Assembly: GCA_964304625.1 (NCBI GenBank)
Contig: OZ199838.1
Location: 5,716,178-5,780,177, forward strand
Direction of reading: 5' to 3'
Origin: Kudoa neothunni
Taxonomy: Eukaryota > Animalia > Cnidaria
Length of the DNA: 64,000 bases
The notes under the pieces are model-generated. The model saw nothing but the letters and a program-made list of their open reading frames with translations. It was not told where the DNA came from and did no database searches. Positions 53,999-64,000 of the stretch are shown here, piece by piece; position 1 is the first letter of the stretch; each line of letters opens with the position of its first letter. The position numbers and the translations under genes were made by a program.

Positions 53999-55340
53999 AA
54001 ACTGCAGTATTTGTGTACGACCTTCAGGCGACCTCGACATGTAATCGGAGCTAAAGTCGTTTCCTACAATTCGTCATGTTAATTCATTTTCTTTTCAACA
54101 TTTCTTTCTTTTTTTGTCACGAAGTGTGACGTTATTGAACTGAATTCAGATCAAAAAAAGGAACTTTAAAATTAAAAACCGAGCATAATTGGAGTCACGT
54201 GTAATTAACATTTTATTTAGAAAAAGTTTTGAGTTCTTTTATTTTATCTGTCTTAACCAAGTTATCTATATAAATTACTCCAATAATTGATTTATAACGA
54301 ATAACAGAGATTTATCAAATAACTCATTGGTTGTCACGTCTTAATCTTAGTACGCGTTAAAGTTAAAAAAATTACAGCTAACCTGTATAATATTTATGGC
54401 TTTTTTCTTTAACCGTACATTTATATGAACAAATTATGTAAGTAGTAACAATTAACGACCAAGAAATCTTAGTAGATCATATATTCACATACCATATTTT
54501 AATATTTTAGTAGATCAAAAATGACGTAAAGTTACATTTTATAACGAAAATATAACTATAAAATGTTTATTTTTAGATTCTATATCAAAATAAATTTGTT
54601 AAGATAAGTAGTTTAAAAAATGCTCTAAACATACATAATTTTTATATTTGACTTATCTGTGATTACTATAAAATCGTAAATTTTTATTTGACAATTACTC
54701 TATTTTAAAATGTATTTTACCTAAAAAATACTCGTTAAATATTTTTTACGAGTTAAGGCATGTAATTAAGTGAGAAGATAACTAAATAAAACAAATTAAA
54801 AATTTTAATGTTTGAATTTTGGAAAAAATATTATCATAATTTTGTTATCAAGAATAAACTACAAAACAAATTTTTAAACTAAAAAATTTACTGGAAAATG
54901 CGATCAATAAATTTAAAAATATTCTTCTAATTGTGAATAGAATAAATCAGAAAGTTCTGTTTTTAAAATACAAAGTCACAAGATTGGACCTTGACACACT
55001 TGTTACTAACAGATACAAATGAAACAAAATCGACGAAAAATTATTGAATAAGAATAAATTTAAACTTATGGAAAAATATAATTGTTTGGATGTATTTCTC
55101 GACAACATGAAGACTTTACGTGCATCCGAATGTGCTCGACTTAAGATTTATTTCCGATTTCCAAGTTAATTTTTATTGGTTTAAAATTTAGTAAGTCTCA
55201 ATTAATTTTTTTGCGATAAGAACAAAAGTGGAAAAATGTTGAACAGGAAATGAATTAACATGACGAATTGTAGGAAACGATTTTATTTCCGATTGCATTC
55301 CCGACGTCACCCCCAAGTGCATACACAGATACTGCAGTTT
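53999..55340. repeat. Long imperfect inverted repeat, probable foldback/TIR element
   Basis: ACTGCAGTAT...TCGTTTCCTACAATTCGTCATGTTAATTCATT (54001-54088) is mirrored at 55249-55338. Confidence 0.7.
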
Positions 55341-56559
55341 AGCCGAGAAAATGTATAAATATTTTAAATTTTAAGTAGATATTTCTGATATTATCTTATA
55401 AATAAAGTGTTTTTTAAAGAAAATAGAAAAATTCGGTAATGTATTCCAGGGATAAATAAAAGTAAGGTGACAATTTAATAATGTATGTGAAATAAACAAC
55501 GTGTTTATAACATTGTAAATCTATTACCAGTATTTTCAATGTTTCTTAGGCCTCCAAAATTACTCTTTTGCATCTCTAGTCACACGAGAAGAATATTAAG
55601 TGTTTAACCAAAAAATAGAGTATAATTTTTTTATTATAGTATTATTTTAATTAAAAATATTTATTAATCAAGTTAATATCTCATAGGATAAAAGTTATAA
55701 ATATCGGGACAATATAGCAGGATGTGTCACCGAAAAACACCATTTTGTGCATCGATTTCTTCTTGATTATTCAAAGAAAAATAAAAGAATATCGACAAAG
55801 CACTTTAAATCGTCGTTTAAGTTCCAGCAATCACTAAAACTCACTTAATTTTTCATATATAATTTATTATATTATTTTAATGTCTTCAAAGATTTATTAA
55901 AATTTTTTCCTTTTGAAATTTTACCACTGACTCATTTGAACAGGCTTTACATGTCCTCTTAAAATTTAACCCATTTCTATTGCGTTTCATTATTGACTAA
56001 GGTCTAAAAAAATATAAAAACAATCGAGAAATATTTTGTTTAGTTTATATATTTTTTAACTAATTTATTCATATTATAGTAAAAGTTACAATGAAATTAT
56101 CATAATAATTTGTCCCTCAGATTTTTATGGTAATTGCAATATAGCCCATCTTACGACAAAAGTAGGTGTAACAATTGCAAAAAAAAAATTTGAACAAGTA
56201 ATTTCATGACAATAAATTTTTTATCAAGCCAATTTTTATAAAATAAAAAAGTATCATAAAAATATAATCTAGTGATACATTATTTAACATACACTTATTA
56301 ATTCAACCGATATTTTAATAAAGTTTGATTTTAAAATGTTATGTCCGCCTTTTCTAAATATTTTTTGATTAAAAATAATGTAATATAGCTAGTTTAAATT
56401 AAAAAATAGAACAATATAGGTTAAAAACATTCATTTAACTATAACTAAGACCATTTGAATGACAAAATAGGATTTTAGGAAAGCTACATAAAAGACACGT
56501 AATTGTAATTAATTGCTATCAATTAATTTTTGATGACCCCTGCGCGCAGAGAAGGAGAG

Positions 56560-57020
56560 CGTTGATTTTAGATGTATTTATCTACGGACGAGACGACTCA
56601 TTTTTATGAACAACTGACACAACGTACGTCCATTATCAAAAATTAGCACAATGTAATGGTGTAAAACAAGTCAAAAGCGTTCTACTATGTTTATCACTGT
56701 TACAATGACCGGAGAAAAATTTCAATTACACGTAATAAGAAAATTTTAAGAAAAATCGTTATTTTAGGGGGATTAAAGAGTTTTCAGCTTAATGTCATTC
56801 GCAAGTGAATGTGTGATTAACTCCATCTATATTTTATCAAGTCCTCAAAGATATGAACCAGAGATTCATTAAAGAAAACAGAAAGGTTTTAATTTTATTA
56901 GAACATTGCTCATATCTCCCTTAATCGATCGATCATTTCGAAAACATCCATATCCTATTTCTATCAAAAACGCTGTTTGTTTGGTGCGACAAATTGATCT
57001 GGGAATAATTCATCGCTTAA
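56560..57020 (+). pseudogene. pogo/Tigger transposase remnant
   Basis: DETTHFY, MTGEK, MNQRFIKENRKVLILL and IDLGII fragments. Confidence 0.65.
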
Positions 57021-57941
57021 CACCCAGTTAGAGAAAAATGTTTGCATAAGTGTGCTATTTGGAGAAAAGGACTCAAAAATATTTAAATATGTCGTGTTTG
57101 ATTACTTGAATACGTTAAAATTGGTTCGGGAGTGATTACAGTTTAAAAATTAGTACTTGAATTAATAAGCCGCCTATTTTCAAACAAAAATAATTGATTT
57201 TTTCTTAATTTCTCAAGAAAAATTAAGAAGATAAACCTTTAAAGTAATGTTATGAAGAAGTAACATCATAAAGTAATTAATAGAAAAATTTTAATATTCA
57301 TATGTGTAGGATAATAATGTGTAATGATATTATTTTTTGGAAGAAAATGAAATTATATATTTAGATTAAGATGATCGAGGTAAATTTACTTTTTGGAGCA
57401 AAGATCCGGATTTCATACACAAAGATGAAATCGTTACAACGTTTCGAGTACAAAATCTTATAAATCCGCGAAAAAACGTACGTCACTGTGAATCCCAATG
57501 AATTATTTTCTGAACATCAGTTTGAGGATGTCTTACGCGAAATTATCAATAAATAAAAAATTATAAAGTATATGAGTAATTTTGTAAGAAATGTTAATTT
57601 AGATGTTATTATTCGGGTGCAATTGACTAGACGTTGCGTAATTTTTCCCTCGTCCCAAAATTCAAAATATTACGCAATATTGAGACACCACTGTATTGCC
57701 AAAATATCTATAAGTTTAAGCTGTTATAATACTGATAAATCGCAAAAAGCATAATGAATCGATTTTCTATTACAATCGCTAATTATATAACCGTTAATAC
57801 CATAAATTTTAAACACACTTATAATTTAATCGGCTGAACTTTGATATAAACCTTATGTTAATCCAGAACTAACATGGGATTAGCGAAATCGAGAAAAAAA
57901 CTATGAAAAACAACACAAATACAAATCTAATGGATAATCAA

Positions 57942-58992
57942 CTAAATTTTTTTTAATGAGGATATAAGGCCACGCCAAAAATCGTGATTGTTTTTTCTTC
58001 TCCATTGAAATTCGCTAAGAAATTCATTGATACCATCCATATTGACAGAACTATCTTCATTAATCGAAGATGTCCTGTTCCTCGATGATATTTTATATTT
58101 GATAGCATCCCAGGTTCCTTCAATGGTGTTTGTATGAGCTCCTGTGGTACTATCCACTCATTCTATATTGTGATTTACAGCGAGATGAGTGTAGAAAATA
58201 TGTAGCATTCCATAACTTTTGAAGCGATCAGTTATAATAATCAAGCTAGGGTGAACGTACGTTTTAATTTTTTAGCTAAGAGTCTCGGCGGTTCTGTCAG
58301 GAACCTCCACCAAAAACATCTTTCGTTCTGATGTCCTTTCTACACCTTCAAGAACCCATGCTCCATTAACGCCATGCCCCCTGTAATGCTTCACCTTGCC
58401 AAAACTTGGGACTCATCAATCTCTTGAGTTATATTTTCTCCTTCAATAACTATATCCTCAAAGTAAAGATTATCTGCTACCAGCTGGCGAAGATAGTGGA
58501 CAATAATTGGTAATTGTTTGAGAAGGGTGTCCTGTTATTGTGCCCAGGTTAACGCTTTTTACATCGACCAACCAGTAATATGATAACTCCGAAAAATCAT
58601 GAAGTTTGATTTTCATATTACTGAAAAATGTCGACTCAAAATGGATGTTTCTTTTCTGCACATTTTAGAGCAGCATCGTCAATTTTTTCAATGTATAGAT
58701 GGTTGGTCCCACTACATTTTATACAGTTATTTGGTGCTTTGAAGATGGAAATATTGATAATATAACGGATAGAGTTATCCTCATTGCAAAAAATGTTCTC
58801 AAAAGATCTTGGGGAAAATCATTCGCGCAGATCTAACGATAATCGGTTGCTAGCCCTAAAATGGGATACCTTGTCGACTTAATCTATCCAATGCGGTAAT
58901 ATTATATAGGGCGATACATCCACAAACATCAATTAATAATCAGTAAAAAGGGAAAATTTAATAGGGGGAGGAGTCTAAATCAAATGTGGTCC
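57942..58992 (-). mobile_element. Merlin transposon remnant
   Basis: HTNTIEGTWDAIKY, EFQWRRK, VEVPDRTAETL and GAWVLEG. Terminus ATCAAATGTGGTCC. Confidence 0.85.
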
Positions 58993-59186
58993 ATTTAATA
59001 TATACAAGATTATCAAATTGTGAATTATGAAAGAAATCATTGTACAAACAAAAAACTTCGCAACAAATTCATTATTTAAAATAATACAATCAAACTATTC
59101 GGATAATAGAAAAAAATGTATATTAACAACTTAGACAAAAAATCTATTTAAACAGTTTAATTGGGGTTAAATTATATAGAGATGGA

Positions 59187-59764
59187 TTAGTAGTGTTTGG
59201 ATTTGTTTTCTTTGGACATCATACATCTAGGCGATATTTAAAATCATAGCAATCACAACAATAATTACTTCCGAATATCATACAAAACAGTGTACATTGT
59301 GTAGGAAGGTTTCCATTTGGCAAGTGCTGGTAGACGATCGTGCAGAACGACATTGTTTTTAACTTGGGTCATTTTGATTGGTGTTTGAAACGTCACCTCA
59401 GGTGGTTGTTTAGGATAGTTTTCATTGCAAACAATTGTCAGTGTGTATATGTTGTTCTCATAGGGTGTCTAAATAATTTCAACGTAATGAATATACAGTT
59501 GGAAAGTGGATTACATTTTCGGGACCAATTATGGTTCCAATCCAGCGAATCATATCGATATCATCTTCATGTTCCAATCCCCAACTAATGGTTCCATCAC
59601 CTTCTCCTTGTAGTGCAGCATCATATTCTTCAAGTAATCGGAACGCTCTAGGAACTAATAATGTAAGGATTGGTCGAGAACAAAAAATAATGGTTTCAAA
59701 TTCAAATTAAAACCAGCGGAAAATGTTGGGAGTGAGCAAGAGTACCTTCTACTTTGTTATCCAT
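59187..59764 (-). CDS. UBE2V: Ubiquitin-conjugating enzyme E2 variant (UEV1/MMS2); multi-exon
   Basis: VPRAFRLLEEY..GDGTISWGLEHEDD..WIGTIIGP, TPYENNIYTL..CNENYPKQPP and MMSKEN. Confidence 0.92.
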
Positions 59765-60406
59765 GGATGTATCGCGCACTTGTATTAATCCTTTCTTCAA
59801 CTTTGCTCGATTGGATTTCTCTGTGGAAATTAATAATGCTTTTAAATTAATTAAGATTTTTATTTGTTTTTTTTCTAAACTATCTTCTCTATTTATTAAT
59901 ATAATAGGATTCGATTTGTGTCCTCGGCTTCAAAAGATAATATAATGGGACTTTAAGTTCAATATTAGTCGCTAAATTTTGTTGGATCTAATTATCTGGG
60001 GTTTGAAATTATTGATTGATTTATTGATTTATATGAATACAACAACTATAAAAAAATTAAGCGTAAACCAAATAAGCTTTAGATGATTGTTTCCAGATTA
60101 TAGAGTGAATAAACCTATGAAAAAATTAATTCGACAAAGCTCATTCCTAGCTGCAACTAACTTTATGGACCAAAAAATATTAATATTAAATAGCATTCCT
60201 AGTTAATATTGTATTTGGCTGATAAATTTTCTCAGCGTTTTTAAACATTGAAATTGAAACAATGGGTAACCTACATTAGCTCTATTTTTGTTAAACTACT
60301 CAAGATTGTAAGTCGAATTTGATATTGTGAAAAAAAAATGACAAAAGATCGAATGGATTTAATTATTAACTATAGTTGATCGAATAAATCAACAATTTGT
60401 ATAGAA

Positions 60407-61521
<1,115 letters not shown>

Positions 61522-61844
61522 TCAGAATAAAATTCACGTTTGGGATGTTGCTTTTATTTTTACGTTGTATAAAGTTTTATTATGAGATTATTTAATAGTT
61601 TAATTGGAAATTTCAAATTATTCATCATCATAAATTATTAATTCCGTAGCTATAAAACCTAATCAAAAGTTCCCTAGTGACTTCTATTAAAGTTATAGTT
61701 GTAAATTATAACTTATAATTTATAAGTGACTAAGATAATTAAACAATGGTTAGAATTGTTATTTGAGAAGACTATATTTTTATAATAGTGACATTAAAAA
61801 TATAAAAATGCAGGTTGATTAAATATTGTATTTTCGTGTATTCG

Positions 61845-62700
61845 CTCATTCTTGGGCAGATAAGGGTACTAAATCAGATCTGTGGTTGCAAACTGAATGA
61901 GACTTCTTGATTTAATAATTGATTAATTAAGGCGGAAGAAAAGACCAAATGTCATGATTCGCCGGTTTCATTTCAAGTTCAATTTACCTGACGGCAAACT
62001 AAATTTGAAGATAAGCTAATAACTTCCATTACAAATAAAACAATTTGATTTTGTGAGGAGAATGTACGATTATTTTTTGAGAAATAACTAATCGTCCCTT
62101 TATGTTGTATGCTTGAACATTTTACAACAGACTGATGATGTTATTAGATAAACATGTGGCTGTTGGCAGATTGCAGAGATGTTTTGAGTAGTACAGTGAA
62201 ACTCTGGAAGTCACGAGCTCAATATTTTGCTTGATCAAGCTAATGCTCGGATGAAAATTGTTTATAAGAAAATATGACTTGGTGGCTTTTAAACTTTTAA
62301 GGTGTAAAATTGGCAATATCTTTTCCCCAAAATTAGAAATAATGCAATTACAGAGCGTATTAAATAAAAAGCTGAAAGATTTTGCTTTTTTAATAATGTA
62401 ATACAATACCAAATCTTGTGTAGAATAAACGTGGTATCATTATGTTATGAAAATTCTTTTTAGTTTATTATATTAAGCCAGAGTTCCTTACCAGCAGGAG
62501 GATTTTTGGTGGGGCATGGAAATTTTAGAGAGTTTAATAAACGGCTCTGGTTGGACGTGTAAAAATCCTGAACGTCGGTGTAACATAGATAACGGTGAGA
62601 TAATTGGGCAATGTGACGCCCCTTAAAATGATTACCTCGATTATTTATATCGTTTATTGTTAAGTGACTATGAAGATCATAACACAAAATCAAAAGCAAT
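61845..62700 (-). CDS. Probable exons of an unidentified multi-exon gene
   Basis: Consecutive minus-strand open frames 62460-62699 and 62122-62412 are separated by a ~50-nt GT..AG segment. No recognisable motif. Confidence 0.35.
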
Positions 62701-64000
62701 GACTAATTATATAAAAATAAGTAATAACATTTAACCTTGTCTTTACCCCCGATAGAATCTAAATGACTTTAATTCCAATCTTGCCACATTTTATAATCGT
62801 GACCTCCTCTGTTTTTGACTTAACCAAATATAATACTGATAAGTTTTCAATTTTAATTTCTTATTTTCGGTTTATAAGCACTACCTATGCAAAAAAGTCG
62901 TGCTTAATGCGAGCAAGATTATAAAGAGTTTCGCTTTAGGCTGTTTTTAATGAAATAAAGAACTAATGATGTTAATTTTTAGAACCCATCGATACATTAA
63001 ATTGGATGTGATAGAAGAGATTTTCATGTTGATGAGGAAAAAGGCAAAAATTAATCCACTTTCAAACTTTAATGTGTTAGGAAGCTAGATTCAAAGTTAT
63101 AAGAAGTTTAAATGAAAAAAATCATTACTTTTGAAAAAAGTGGGACTTGATGGATAAATGTTTGGGAAACTTTGTACTAACCCGTTTAATGTTTCAATCA
63201 TAGATACTTAAAGTATTTCAAAAAATAATTGGATTTAGTGATAAAACTAAGATTTGGGATGAAGAATTAGTAATCAATCACGGACAATATAAATTAACAA
63301 AAGTGAAAATGTTTGTTGATTGATAAATACGCACATAAAATTCATCTAAATATACTTGCGATAAATACCAATTTATAATCAAATGATTTGGTAGCATTCA
63401 ACAATACGAACAAGTTTCTTACTTTACTCTGAAGATGTGTTGAATTATTAAAAGATAATACATTAACATAATTTTTATTTAAAGTTGTTTATTGTAAGAA
63501 CTAGAAACATCTAATTTATGGCTTTTGTCACAATGGTGATTTTGTAATAAACAGGTCACTTATCTATTTAAAAAAATATTCAAATTTAAGTTTTATCTAT
63601 TTTTTGCGCCTCTAACAACTTTCTATACATAGATATTGAAGTGACTGAAAATTAAAAAAAAATGTTTGGTCTTTAAATCACAATGACTCCGCGTTAAAAA
63701 AAAGGTAGTGGCTATTATCACGGGAATCAATTTCTCTGCAATTGTTATCTCTATTAAATAACTAATTTAACATTACTATTATTTATATTTTTCTCTACTA
63801 AATTATAGAATTAGGTAACAATTGAGAATATCTTTTTTTACATATTTATATTGTTTATTTCATTGATCGCTTTCCATAATTAAATGAAAGATTTATTAAT
63901 CTTAATTTAATACATGATCAAAATTGTATTATATCATTTTCTGTCAATAATAAGGTTAAAGTTAAAGAATTTTGTGTGATTTTGTAGGTCGGACATTACT

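Overview
AT-rich eukaryotic (animal) genomic DNA with short (~45-60 nt) GT-AG introns and very divergent metazoan genes. This profile resembles a reduced parasite such as a myxozoan cnidarian (inference only). Host genes recognisable by eye: a MAST-family kinase (~6.2-9.4 kb), mitochondrial ribosomal protein L17 (18.4-19.0 kb), a very divergent integrin beta (21.4-24.6 kb), a Mos-like kinase, Peter pan/Ssf1, UBE2V/MMS2 and proteasome alpha-4 (PSMA7). There is also one tRNA-Gly(TCC). Most of the remainder is transposon debris: MULE, Merlin, Tc1/IS630, pogo/Tigger, piggyBac, hAT and several MITEs, densely nested between ~30 and 59 kb. Three observations stand out. (1) Two diverged copies of an RLE-type (NeSL/R2-like) non-LTR retroelement each begin just downstream of tRNA-Gly sequence; one has lost its whole RT domain. 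(2) The integrin beta has lost its metal-binding motifs. (3) Two related MULEs have their asymmetric end-caps swapped relative to the interior. All calls come from manual reading; no searches were run.
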